Positions 25,036-38,649 of a stretch of DNA of 64,000 nucleotides are shown in pieces. The stretch is taken from assembly GCF_006345805.1 (NCBI RefSeq), contig NC_042998.1:52328001-52392000 (forward strand), written 5' to 3'. The notes beneath the pieces were generated by a model. The model ran no database searches, was not told the DNA's origin, and worked only from the letters and a program-made list of their open reading frames with translations. Origin of the DNA: Octopus sinensis (Eukaryota). Position 1 is the first letter of the stretch. Each line of letters starts with the position of its first letter. The position numbers and the translations under genes are program-made.

Positions 25036-25245
25036 GTGTATGCTTGTGTATCTGTGTTTGTCCCCCCAACATCGCTTGACAACTGATGCTGGTGTGTTTA
25101 TGTCCCCGTACCTTAGCAGTTCGGCAAAAGGGACCAGTAGAATAAGTACTAGGCTAACAAAGAATAAGTCCTGGGATCAATTTGCTCAACTAAAGGCGGT
25201 GCTCCAGCATGGCCACAGTCAAATTACTGATACAAGTAAAAGAGT
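24800..25245 (+). mobile_element. tRNA-derived SINE (OK-like) with expanded internal (TA)n
   Basis: Full body and tail homologous to 37345-37720. Confidence 0.8.
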
Positions 25246-25906
25246 GAAAAGAGAGAGTAAAGAGGGCATATCTTCCAACTTCATGTTCTGAGTTAAAATG
25301 CTATCAGATGTGACTTTGCCTTTCATCCTTTTGGAGTCAATAAAATGAGTACCAGTTGAGCACTGGGGCCAATGCAACCGACTTAGCTCCATCCCCAGAA
25401 CTGCTGGCCTTGTGCCAAAATTTGAAACCAATACTTAGAGTATTTTTGAAATTCTGCTGAGGTTGACTTTGCCTTTAATCCTTTCTCGGTCAATAGAATA
25501 AGTACCACTTGAGCACTGGGATTCATGTAATCAACTTACCTTCTCCCCATGCAGCTACCAAGTGCTTAAGGTTCTGTCTACTCATATAATGTCCAATGAA
25601 TATAGCTTGACCTCTTCCTCCACCACCACCACCACCACCACCATCATTATCATCATCATCATCAACAGCAACAACCCATGTTGGCATGGCTTGACAGTTT
25701 GACAGGGACTGATAAGGTCAGGAGCCACACCAGGTCCCATAGTTTCTTGAATAATTATTTTTAAAAGTCCCGTATCTTACATGTATTTAAGACAAAGTAG
25801 TTGATGGAATCCTTTAGACTGTCTTCACATGGTTACAGAACCAGCAAGAAATATCAGCTAACTCTCCTCCAAATTATATCTTTCTATCTTCTCTTGCTTT
25901 ATTTCT

Positions 25907-25944
<38 letters not shown>

Positions 25945-26439
25945 AATCATTACCTTTTAATGTCCATTTTCCATGCAAGCATGGGTTGGACTGTTTGACA
26001 GGAGCTGGCCAACTGAAGAGCTGCCCAGGCTCCATGTTTATTTTGGCAATGGTTTCTTCAGCTGGATGCCCTTCCTAATGTCAACTACTTTACTGAGTAT
26101 ACTGGGTGCTTTGACATGACACCCCCATGGGTACATTTACGTGGTACTAGTACCGATGAGCCCCCAAGATTAGAAACACTCAGCTGGAGAGGGTTGCAGG
26201 GGACATGCTTGTATGCAAGGACAACCTCAATTTTACTTAGCTTGACATGTCTTCTCAATTGTAAAGAATTTGTTTCTGGGAGTCATAGCCATGAATTGAG
26301 AACGTAGCCTAGATTTTTCTGTAAGATCCTTTCTTTTGTTTTTGGTGTTAGTACTAGGAAATTTATGAAGTCACCTGTCACACTTACCTTGGGTTGTTTT
26401 CTTGAGCCATCTGGAAGTTATCACATATGAAAAAAACAT

Positions 26440-26728
26440 TCAAGCAAGGTCTGTGGTCGTTGCCAGTACCGCTGGACTGGCTCCTGTGCAGGTGGCACAT
26501 AAAAAGTACCATTTGAGCGTGGCTGTTGCCAGTACCACTTAACTGGCCCTCGTGCCGGTGGCACGTAAAAGCACCCACTACACTCTCGGAGTGTTTGGCA
26601 TTAGGAAGGGCATCAAGCTATAGAAACTCTGCCAGATCAGATTGGAGTCTGATTCGCCAGACCTCAGTCAAATCGTCTAACCCATGCTAGCATGGAAAGC
26701 AGATGTTAAACGATGATGATGATGATGA
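26440..26728 (+). mobile_element. RTE 3'UTR fragment with (GAT)n tail
   Basis: aaaagcacccactacactctcggagtg...ttaggaagggcatc...gatgatgatg; related decayed tails on - strand at 2575-2690, 8198-8360, 25900-26120, 28040-28260, 35063-35268, 58445-58620. Confidence 0.8.
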
Positions 26729-28526
26729 AGACATACTTATTCCTTTGTTCTCAAACATACAATCAGCTTTTCCCATAGGTATAAGTAAGAACTCTCGAAG
26801 AACATCAGTAGTCAGTATTTTTTGGCTTCCACATACTTTCACTTTCTAGCAAACGGATTTTCTTACAGACGCACATCTAAGAGCATGCAAGTTTTATTCT
26901 TGTCCTTCTGCTTGGACCACAGAACTCCTGACTACTAATATAGCTTGTATACTAACTGTGTATACAAATAAAAACTGTAAGCAATATTTCATCTTTTCCA
27001 CATTGAATATTACACTGTCTCACAGAGTTTGGACAACTTAACAATAACATAACCTGTTACATAATAAAAAATAAAGGTGGGCAATGTCTATTCATAAACA
27101 AAGTACTAATGGTCATGGCTGTACACCACTGATCACCTGTCTACTTAATCAGGGTGGACTTAAGGGTGAGCAACAACAACAGCAAACAGAAGACAATGAA
27201 AGAATTTTGCTTTGATTTGGCTTGCTTGAAAAGGTGGAAATCTTTATGTGATTGTTGACCTGCCAAATAGAAAAAGCAAAGAAACAGCTAAACCTTCTCA
27301 TACTTCATTTTCCTGAAGAACACATTGGATAACATAGTATTAAATACATTTTGTTTGAAAAATAAAACAAAAAGAACAATATAACACAAAATAAGCATTG
27401 CTCTGGGGTAAGAAATTTGCTTCTTAATGATATAGTTCCAGGGTCAGTCCCAATGTATGGCATCTTGAGCAAGTGTTTTCTAGTATAACCATGGGCCAAT
27501 TAAAACCTTGTGAGCAGATTTGATAAATGGAAAATAAAAGAAGCCCATTGTGTGTATATATATAGTTGGAATTTACAAAAAATAAATGATGAAGACAGGT
27601 ATGTAAACAACAAATAGGTGTATTAGTATAATGCTCTGGAAGGTGAGAAAGTCTTTTACATTTCAAGCCTACACTCTTCAACAGAAAGGAACACAAGAAA
27701 AGAAACAGAGAGAGAATAAAAATAGAAAGCTTTAGTAGCTAGCAGTCAATCATGGTGATATATATATATATATGTATGTATGTATGTACGTATGTACATA
27801 TGTATGTATGTATGTATATATGTTTAAAATTAAGTTATTTTATTCCACACAGGTAGAAATATAGAAAAAAGAAGTCTCTGATTTTCAAAAGTTGCATGCA
27901 CCATAGCTCCACGTCATTCTCTTTCAACCGTTGAATATCAGAGAAATCTGTGAAATTGGTTAAGTCTTAAAAACTCTTAAGAATAAAAAATTTAAACAAA
28001 TCCCAGTTCATTATCATCTTTATATATATATATCATCATCATCATCATAGGTTAACATCCTCCTTTCATACTGTCATGGGTTGAATGGTTTGACAGGAGC
28101 TGGCCAGGCAGAGGTCTGCATCAGACTTCTGTGTCTCTTTTGGCTTAGATTTTATGATTGGATGCCCTTCCTAACACCAACCACTCAATAGAGTGGAATG
28201 AGTGCTTTTTACGTGGCACCAGTACTGGCAGGGTCACCAAGTAACTTTGCAAGACAAGGAATCTTTGAGAGGTGGGGGATTGGAAAAGGTGACATGCATA
28301 TATATATACACACATATATATAGGGAGAATTCACAAAAAAAACCCAAAAGACGAAGACAGGTGGTGTAGACAACAAATCGATGTATGAGTATAATGCTCG
28401 GGAAGTGAAATAGTCTATAATGTTTTGAGTCTATGCTCTTCCACAGAAAGGAACACAGAAAGAAACAAGGAGAGAAAATAAAGAATGTGTAGTGGCTAGC
28501 GATCTATATTGCCAATATATATATAC

Positions 28527-28580
<54 letters not shown>

Positions 28581-29319
28581 TATACACACATACATAAGAT
28601 CCCTCTTCAGACACAAATAACCATGGGATTGCAGCTAGAAATTTCTCTTCCAAGGCATAAGTTTGAGCAAGATTGTTTGGGGAAGACCAGCAGTTGCCCA
28701 TGCATACCAGCTTCCCCTCTCCATGCCACCAATGTTGTGCAGGGAAAAGGCAAAGGCTGATATAGCTTGGCACCAATGATGGTGTGACTCATTTCTACAG
28801 CTGAGCGAACTGGAGCAATATGAAATAAAGTGTCTTGCTCAAGAACACAACACACATCTTAGTCTAGGAATCAAACTCACAACCTCACTGTCATAAGCCC
28901 AACACACGTGCATACACAAACATAGTCACAAAGACACACACACAAGCACACACACACACACACACATACATACACACACAGAGCCATTTCTGTATAGTAT
29001 CTGAATAAAAATTGCCATAACCTTAAATAAAAAGAAATTTTTGTTTCTTTTGTAATTAGTATATCAAAAATATATTGAATAAATATTGGATGTATATTTT
29101 CATTAATTGGTACATAAGTGGGTAATTTATCAATGATTTATTGAAGAGAATAGTTCAATATAATATTGAACTACTGATTAAAGGCTTTGGTTAGAAATAA
29201 GCAGTATTAGTTGTCTGAGTAGAGATGCTGCAGACAGTGGCAGCACTGTATAATCGATGAGAGTTTTGTATTCTTCTATTACTGAGTAGATATATTTTTC
29301 TTGTCTTGTTTTCTTTATA

Positions 29320-29770
29320 TTTGTTTTAGTCATTTAACTGTGGCCATGCTGGGGCACTGCCTTGAGTGGTTTTAGTTGAACAAACCAACCCAACTCCAAG
29401 ACTTATTTTTTTTTAAAGCCTGGTACTTATACTATTGGTCTCTTTTGCTGAACCACTAAGTTACACGGAGGTAAACATACCAGCACTAGTTGCCAAGTGG
29501 TGGTGAGGGGACAAACACAGATACAAAGGCACACACATGCACACGCACACAAATACTTGCACATGCACACACACCCACATATGCACCCCAGACACACGCA
29601 TGCACACACACATGATAGGCTATTTTCAGCTTCTGTCTACCAAATCCACTCACAAGGCTTTGGTTGGCCCAAGGCTATAGTAGAAGATATTTGCCCAAGG
29701 TACCATGCAGCAGTACTGAACCCAGAATCAGGTGGTTGGGGGGAGCAAGCTTCTTACCACACAGCCATGC
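29320..29770 (-). mobile_element. tRNA-derived SINE (OK-like)
   Basis: Reverse complement of the family; internal (CA)n. Confidence 0.8.
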
Positions 29771-32254
29771 CTGCTTGCATCTATGATGTACTCTCATAAG
29801 GCAACAAGAAATCACTCCAATGTTTCTTTCCCAAGAGATTCTGAAATATCGAAAACACTCACTAAATGTCTTCGTGACATGTTTAATACATTAACAAAAA
29901 AAAAAAAAACAGGAATGACTAATAATAAACTACAACCACAGCCACCACAACAAAACAACAACACAACAACAAGGACGATGATGAAGGAAAGAGAACAACA
30001 ACAACAACAACAACAATGACAACAACCAAAACAAGAGGCCAAGAAAAATCAATGATTTACCATTAATTCTTGGTCAAAATCAATGACAGATCATCAATGT
30101 GGCACATGAGAATTAAACTAGAGTCCTTGAGTGTTACATCGATGGTTGAGATTAGTTGCATTATTTTATCGCTTATATGACATTGACTATAACCTACATA
30201 ACAGATGGTGATACACATTGCAGAACCTCAGACAGATTTTTCACGTTGGTCACTGATCAATATTTGGAATAGAATTGTTGTGATAAGCTTGATAATTAAT
30301 GTTTTCTTTCACTGGCTTTCGTGGTGCAGTGTTCTAATACTTAATTCAGAGATTTTATAATGTTCTGGAGATGATGAACTATTCTCCTCTTGGTTGGGAT
30401 ACCAGTCTGTGACAAGTAACTTTTCCTGGAAGAGGAACTGAAGCTAAAGTCAACCATACTATGAGAGAGCTTAGTATGGTTGTTTGATCTGCTAGAAATA
30501 ACAAATGAATCTTGCTCAAACCACATACTACCTTTTTGGAAAATAACATTCGGTAATGTGGCCGAAAGTACATTACTTCTTAAACGAGATGGTTATTATA
30601 CTACTACTACTACTACTACAACTACTACTAATAATAATAATAATAATAATAATGAAATTATTGTATACAGTGCTCAGTTGCACCACAACTTGTCAAAAGT
30701 GCCTATAAAGCATATACAGTAATGTACAAATGAATGGTTTACTCATTCAGTGATGACTTAGGGATTAAACAAGAATAAAACCACAACTACCACCACCAAC
30801 AACAACAACAACATCACAAATCGATTTGCAGTGGTGTTGTTGTTTACACCAGAAAATTATATCTACATGCAATTTGGTGGACTATCGCATTGAAAATTAT
30901 TTATCTTGAACATGGCCTCATCAGAGAGCTTGCTGATGGTAGGGCATGAATTACTAAACCTTGAACTAATTTTTCCAGTTTCTTTCAACTCAAAACAATC
31001 ATATTTTCATTTGTCAATATCATACTAAACGATTCCCTCATCAGTACTTTGACAAATACAGTGAAATCCATACTCTGCTGATGCGGTTATAATAAAGCTG
31101 AAGCATGTCTGAAAATGTCTCCAACACTTGCTTAATATTGATTAAAATAATATTAGTCATAGACTAATATCGTTATCTTGTTACTGTATAATAATTTATC
31201 AATGCTAGGTTAATACTAATTTAGCTATTGATTTTCATGCTGATAACATCTCTGAAATATTCACTTTAAAATTTCATAGCTTTACAATCACTTTTGAACA
31301 CGAATTCTTTTACTTCATTGAAGACAAGACTCACTTGAAATGCCAGAATTTACCAGTACTTAAGGTACAGAATCTTCTTTTATGGTAAATTTTATTGAGA
31401 GTATGATAACGTACCATATTAATTTAAACTACTTAATCCAATCTAAGTTCTAAATGGATAAATTCATTAATGATTATAAATTTCTGTTCTGACTATAAAT
31501 TGATATAATTATCCGTTAATCCTGCTATTTTATTCATTACTTACAGAGAAAAAAATTAAATGGTTATACTTGAGCTAATGAAGAAGTGTTTATGCTGTTG
31601 TTAGAAATGATAGCCAAATCTCCCTCAAATTACATCCTGCTGTCTGTATAGGAGACATACTGGATTATGTAGTCCCAGAGAAACTGTGTATAAAAATGAT
31701 GATGAATGGCCATAGCTCAACTGGATCAGAGTTGACCTTAGGCTAAGCCCCTAAAGCATAAATATATATTTTATTAAGATTTCTAATTCTAATTTCTCTG
31801 CTATACAGTCCAAAAATTTACCCCAACAAATTCATAAAGTCAAAATCCATTCATATGGTCACAAATGCAGTGATAAAAATTCTTTCTGCAATAAACAAAA
31901 GGAATAAATAAATGAGTGGGAATTTAACCAGTGAGTGTGTTATATTAAGGCACTATGACTCCTCCCTAGACACAACAAATTTATAGAGATTTATAGAAAT
32001 TAACACAGTTGAATAAGTTTACTATACTTTACAATATTCTACAAGACGGGTAATTATGGTCAAAATCAGATTTGATAAGATTTATCAGATTTATATAGAC
32101 AACTGATGAGATTAATCAGATAGATTAAATTTATATAGACAACTTGAATTAATTTGTCTATTATGTGTTATGTCAATTTCTTCAAATACTAATTTCTGAA
32201 CCTACACTAACAGAAGATTTAGCGTTAATATTTATTAATCTTTTATATCAAAAA

Positions 32255-33115
32255 AATTCCCTGTGTATGTGTGTGTCTGTGTGTGTGTGCATGTGTGCAC
32301 ATGTGTGTGTTTTCTCTATGCATGGCCAAACTGCTGGATCACTCTGTTCCAAATTTGGCATGAAGGTTTTTCATCACTCAGGGGTGGTTCTAGGAGGTGC
32401 AAATTTTGGCCCTTGCTCATATAGGGGTCTGTACCCCACCATACGACCCTTCCAAATTTTTTTCAGTAGATTCTCTTGTTTTTGATGATGGAGATTCCCA
32501 ATATGCAAAAAGCCATGTTTTCAAAATTTTAAATTCCTCCCTCCCACCAAATTTGTATTTTTAATTTTTTTTCCAATTCTTTTTTCAACCTATGTGGAAA
32601 AATACAGAGATTAAGAATATGGTAAAAGAATTTTTTATTTCAAATTTTCTATGAAGAACTCCAAAATTAATCCACACACCCCTTGCTACCCCATCCCATT
32701 GTTTAAAACTGAAAATGAACTGCTAAAAATAACAGCTAAATGTCTGGAAATTTTCTGTTTGTGTGTGCATGCATGCAGCAATTTCTACCTCTTATGTGAA
32801 TGAGCTGAGAAAGTAAACAGAAATATGTTTTACAGACCTATCGTATACATCGGTTTGTTTTCTTGCTTTGAAGGTAAAAGATTCTAATAGAAGCAAACAT
32901 GATATTGAATAATTCTCCATCATATATCTATGACCCCACCTAATTTTTTTTTAAAGTAAAAATAAACACTTTTTAATTGTGATAATGAAACAAGGGGTTT
33001 AGTCCTTACTGCCAAAATTAATTTCTCTTGCAAAAGGGAGGGTGGAATTTTCGCTCTTTTTCAATATCTAATTGGACGAGAGAATATATTGTTACCAAAA
33101 ATGTGATTAATCCAA
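32255..33115 (+). mobile_element. Probable non-autonomous Helitron-related repeat
   Basis: (TG)n followed by ctatgcatggccaaactgctgg...aaatttggcatg; 33016-33110 is homologous to 35986-36075, just upstream of the Helitron helicase. Confidence 0.35.
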
Positions 33116-33489
33116 TGAATTGGTAGCAAAGTATGTAAAAAGTACGGGTACAGTCCTGTCATGCAATCATTCACACCAACACTTGCACACAAAGGCTGAT
33201 AAACATAATTGGGACTTGATCAAAAATTTGGCAAATAGTTACAATAACACCATACTTGCCAAATACTAACCCTAACTGCAACCCTAAACCATCAATTTCG
33301 TTACAGAAGGGCCTGCGCTAAGCCCCTGCTACTCCTGCTGTTGCAAGGGTTCTCCACAAAGAACTGAAATTACTGTAATATAAAACTTAAAATTCGTGAA
33401 AGGTCTTGAATGTATGTGTATGTGGCACTCACTGTCTCTCACACACACACGCACACATTATCTTTCATATATACATACATAAATACATA

Positions 33490-33866
33490 CACTTGCGTCA
33501 GAAATTAATTAGCACTTCTCAAATTTCTACATTAACTAGGTTAAATCAATTAACCTATGAGCTGTTCAAAACGTCTTACGCGATGAGAAAACTTAGTATG
33601 GTGTGATTTCGGTCCTTGCGAGGCGCTACCTATATCTATTAAACAAAGGAAGATTTGTCTGCATCCGCACTCCAAGTTGCTGCACTGCTATGTCAACATC
33701 ATAAGGCTGTAGACTCTCAAACTGCTCTGCAAACAAAGTTACGTCATCGTTCTGCGCAACAGTGAACTCGCAACAAAGCAATAGTTCGAGATATGGCCAC
33801 TAGGTGACAGCACATACCTTGAGTGAAGAGCAAATCAAGGGTGCTAATTAATTTCTGACGGTAGTG
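33490..33866. mobile_element. Tc1/mariner-type MITE, 377 bp
   Basis: 26-bp TIRs cact(tg/ac)cgtcagaaattaattagcac with 2 mismatches; TA on both sides. Confidence 0.85.
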
Positions 33867-34074
33867 TATGCACACATCACCTGGTGAAAACTCTTATTAC
33901 ATTGATATAAGTCAGTCATTTATTTGGTCCTTTAGGCAATATACACTGTAGGATATCTTTCAATTTATAAGATAAACTTTATAAATTTTAAAGTCCAATA
34001 TTCCTGTGACATTAATTAGAGATATTGACATGAGTTATTCAAATAATTGTTCGTGAAATGGACCTTATAAAATT

Positions 34075-34410
34075 AGCTACAGTACACCTGATATTTCATA
34101 TTTAAATCTCATGTTACTGTTTCTATTTGGATAGGAATTAGAAACTGTTATACCTTGATAAATTTCCAATAAATATTTTGGATATTTTTTAAATAACTCA
34201 CCTTATTAACACTGGATATTTTACATTTAAATCCGATGTGAGTATCTATTCTTGGATATGGATTGAAAAATATTATATTACCTATTTTTAATATTCTTGG
34301 AGAATATTACCTATTTTTAATATTCTTGGAGAAACTCAACTTATTAACACTGGATATTTCTATTTTAAATCAGATGTAAGTAATTATACTTGGATAGAAA
34401 TTAAAAATAT
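34075..34410. repeat. Degenerate ~130-bp tandem repeat with an internal ~28-bp duplication
   Basis: ttattaacactggatattt...tttaaatc.gatgt.agt recurs at ~34203 and ~34342, with a weaker copy at ~34080. Confidence 0.6.
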
Positions 34411-34739
34411 TGTATGCTGATAACTAACATTACATATTAACTGGCAAAGGAAGGCAACGCCTCCCCTTCCAGAGGTGAGGCTGTGGTTCCCTTCTGTATG
34501 CTTTTCTATACCCTTCTCAATTGTACCACCAGGTAAAGGGGAAAGGGCTTCAGAAACCTTTCCTCGTATCCTTCCAATCTCCCCTCCCCCTCTGCCAATC
34601 ATCCCCCTTAACCCTCCTATTACTCACCCTCCATGGTATTCTTTCATTACCCTGAGAGCAGAAATTGAAAGAGAAGAGACAGTGATAAGCCAACGTTTGC
34701 TTTGAAGTGAAAAAATAAAGTGAAACAGGAGAAAGTGAA

Positions 34740-35705
34740 AGATGGACCTGTGTGGTGTGTGTGAGAGAGTGAGTGAGTGAGTGAAGGTGTGTTGTTATGT
34801 ATGTGTAAGTGGCACTCACTCTCTCTCTCTTTCACTCTCTCATGCACATGCACACATACATACAAAAAAGATGTGCACATATGTATTTATGTATGAACAT
34901 GTATATGAAAGATAATGTGTGCGTATGTGTGTGAGAGACAGTGAGTGCCACTTACACATACATTCAAAACATACATACATGAAAACACATCTTCATTCAC
35001 TCTCTCTCACACACACAAACACACACACACATATGAAAAAGATGCATGCATATGTATTTATATATCATCATCATCATCATCATCATTTAGTGTCCGCTTT
35101 CCATGCTAGCATGGGTTGGACGGTTCAACTGGGGTCTGTGAAGCCAGAAGGCTGCATCAGGCCCAGTCTGATCTGGCAGTGTTTCTATGGCTGGATGCCC
35201 TTCCTAACGCCAACCACTCCATGAGTGTAGTGGGTGCTTTTTACGTGCCACCCGCACAGGTGCCAGACGTGTATGTGTATATGAAAGATAGTATGTGTAT
35301 GTGAGAGAGAGAGTGAGTGCCACTTACATATACATGACAACACACACCTTCACTCACTCACTCACTCACTCTCTCTCACACACACTCGCCCATACAAAAA
35401 AGATGCATGCATGTATGTGTATATGAAAGATATGTGAGAGAGAAGGAGAGAGAGTGCCACTTGCATATACATGACAACACACACCTTCACTTACTCAATC
35501 TCTCTCTCTCTCTCTCTCACACGCATACCCATGCAAAAAAGATGTATGCATGTACATGTATATGAACAATATGTGTGTGTGTGTGAGAGAGAGAGAGATA
35601 GAGAGAGTGCCACTTACATATACATGCAAAAAATATACATGACATCACACAGCTTCACTCACTCACTCACTCTCTCTCACTCATGCACACACATTTCCAT
35701 TTCAT
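34740..35705. repeat. ~140-bp compound minisatellite built from microsatellite pieces, interrupted by an RTE tail
   Basis: Recurring gagtgccacttacatatacatgacaacacac.ccttcactcactc...aaaaaagatgcatgca units. Confidence 0.65.
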
Positions 35706-36179
35706 ATACGGACGCTAAACGATGATGATGATGATGATGATGATACATGTACATACAGCTTTCACTTTCTGCTCACACATCAAAGCAAATGTTGCCTTCC
35801 AAAGCTAGTTAAAGAAATAAAATTTTTCATGGAAATTCACGGACAATCATACGATCCCATATGATTGAATTCACAACTATGCTGTTTGTAACAAAAAATA
35901 CCCCTTTCATAAAGGTCATACATATACACATTAGACATTGGAAAGGGTAACAGGTGATGTCATGCACCCTACACGAGCCAAGCTAACTTAATTTCTCTTG
36001 CAAAAGAGAGGGTAGCATTTCATTTCTTTTTCAATATTTAATTACAAGAGAGAATATGTTGTTATCAAAAACGTTAAAACTTTGCTAACTTGGTTCATCT
36101 GTCACTGAACCAGGATTTTAATTTCATTTCATACACACTTTGCTATCATTTATATGGAGAATTGCAACAGCAACACAAG

Positions 36180-37030
36180 CCACCCTGTGGTGAGATGGTA
36201 CCAACTGTCAATGATCTCAAGATGCATGTGTTTCCAAACATTGCACAAAACTTTAATAACAATCAATGGCTATGTGAGTGAGCCATCTTAGCTCCACATA
36301 ATGTCAACAAAATCAATTGAGATCTCTTGCAGCTGTTGCCAGAACAAGAACAATCTTTCAAATCCATCGACAGTCATTGATCAGGACCAAGCTGTAGTTT
36401 TTTAAAATTGAGTTTCTGAACTCTCTACAGCCATCTAGGATGCCATTACACAACTTAACACTTAAAAAGGGGTCCCCAATTATACTGTTCAGGAATCTGG
36501 ATCCACCTTGCCTGTGCAATGGCACCAGACTGGTGGTGAAAGCAATTCAACCCCATGTCCTAGAAGCAGCAATTATCACTGGAAAATATAAGGATTAAGA
36601 TGCCTTCATTCTACGGATCCTGTTAATCCCGTCTGACCTCCCCATTCAATTTAAACAGCTCCAGTTCCCAGTTAAACTAAGTTTTGAAATGTCGATAAAC
36701 AAATCTCAGGGACAATCTTTCAAGGGTGTTGGACTTAACCTTGCTTCTCCTTGCTTCTCTCATGGGCAATTATATGTAGGATATTTGTGAGTTGGAAGTC
36801 TCCAAACTCTTTTTATTTGTACCCCAATTAAAGAACACATGGAAGACATTGTATATTTAGAAGTTCTACAAAATTAAACTGTGATTGATTTCAGGATTTG
36901 TTTTAATAACTGTTTATACTTGCGTCATCTGATAGAATTTTTCTGAAAATATATTTTTTATCAGAATAAATATATCTATTTCCTTTAACATCCTTTAAAC
37001 CTGCAAGCAATGCCAGGTACTTAGGCTAGT
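36180..37030 (+). pseudogene. Helitron 3' end: Pif1-like helicase C-terminus plus terminus
   Basis: EFLNSLQPSRMPLHNLTLKKGSPIILFRNLDPPCLCNGTRL...QFPVKLSFEMSINKSQGQS...FSHGQLYV; ends gcaatgccaggtacttaggCTAG-T. Confidence 0.9.
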
Positions 37031-37344
37031 ATATATATATATATATAATATATATATATACACGTTTATATATTTGTTGTGCAAGATTTTTTATGTGAAG
37101 TCGTAGAAATACAAAATGGCTGACGGTTAGTAAGGAGAGACACAAATAAGAAAGAAGAAAACAAAGGACCACTGATGCGGTCACAGGAGTGTGACAAAAG
37201 AACTCTGGCCGAAATAAGATTAAGATTAATGTAAAAAATAAATAACACTGAAGCAAAATAACACCAGATATATAGTGCATGTGTTTTATTGGCTAAACTG
37301 GCAAAATGACCATTCCGAAATATAACTATATATATATATATATA

Positions 37345-37720
37345 TTGGCTGTGTGGTAAGTAGCTTGCTTACCAACCACATGGTTCCGGGTTCAGTCCCA
37401 CTGTGTGGCACCTTGGGCAAGTGTCTTCTGTTATAGCCCCGGGCCGACCAATGCCTTGTGAGTGGATTTGGTAGACGGAAACTGAAAGAAGCCTGTCGTA
37501 TATATATATATATGTGTGTTTGTGTGTCTGTTCTTGTGCCCCTAGCATTGCTTGACAACCGATGCTGGTGTGTTTACGTCCCCGTCACTTAGCGGTTCGA
37601 CAAAAGAGACCGATAGAATAAGTACTGGGCTTACAAAGAATAAGTCCTGGGGTCGATTTGCTCGACTAAAGGCGGTGCTCCAGCATGGCCGCAGTCAAAT
37701 GACTGAAACAAGTAAAAAAG
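37345..37720 (+). mobile_element. tRNA-derived SINE (OK-like), well preserved
   Basis: A box tggctgtgtgg, B box gggttcagtccc, complete body and tail. Confidence 0.85.
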
Positions 37721-37914
37721 AGAAAAAAAAAGATATATAAAAACATGAACTGAGCTAAGGGAAACAAGGTAAATGGGACACAACATGCAACAGAATAATT
37801 TAATTCAAGGATGATGTTCTGAATGTCATATGAAAAAATTCTAATTAGTTGAGAAAATACCATTTAACTGGAGAAAGCAAACAGAAATCTTGCATTACTC
37901 TTGGGTTCCAAATT

Positions 37915-38280
37915 ATAGGTGGGGGTTGGAATAAGCAGGTGGGTTGGACATTTGGTTAAATTCATATAAGTGAGTGGGTTGAAATAAATAATGGGGCAGG
38001 GGTTGGAAAATTTGTAATTGTATAGTGGTAGCTGTATAAAATTTTAAGATTTTCTAGAAAATCTTAAAATTTAAAACCAGTTATTTACTCTCGGGTCTCA
38101 AATAAGAGTGGGGTGGGGTGGAATAAACAGGTGGGTTGGACATTTACTTAAATTCATATAAAAAATTTAAAACCGGTTATTTACTCTTGGGTCTCAAATA
38201 ATAGTGGGGTGGGGGTGGAATAAACAGGTGGGTTGGACATTTACTTAAATTCATATAAACGGGTGGGTGGGAATCAGTAA
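37915..38280. repeat. Three degenerate ~90-100-bp repeats, possibly the terminus of the adjacent pogo element
   Basis: ggggttggaataa.caggtgggttggacatt occurs three times; tactct(c/t)gggtctcaaataa occurs twice. Confidence 0.5.
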
Positions 38281-38649
38281 CTGTATAGTGTATGTACGAA
38301 GATTAAGAAAAAAGCATCTTAAAGCACATATAACGACACAACGAGGCAAAAGAAATTAACAAGAGGCAAGTGAAATTAGCACATAGGTGTGCTTCAAACA
38401 TTCACTTCAGTTAAGATATACATTTGGATAATAAGAATATGACATTTATTAATTATGGTAATTATGGGATTTTTTTAAAAAATGCTGTGGACTAAACAGA
38501 TATTGATACAAGTAACTTGTCTTAAAAAGAAAGAAAAGTAAAACACAATGAAAGAGAATAATTACCATTTCATGAAATTGCAGTATTTATTATACTATAC
38601 ATAATAAAATATAGCACTCCGTAAATAGGTATAAATGATAGCTTTATGA

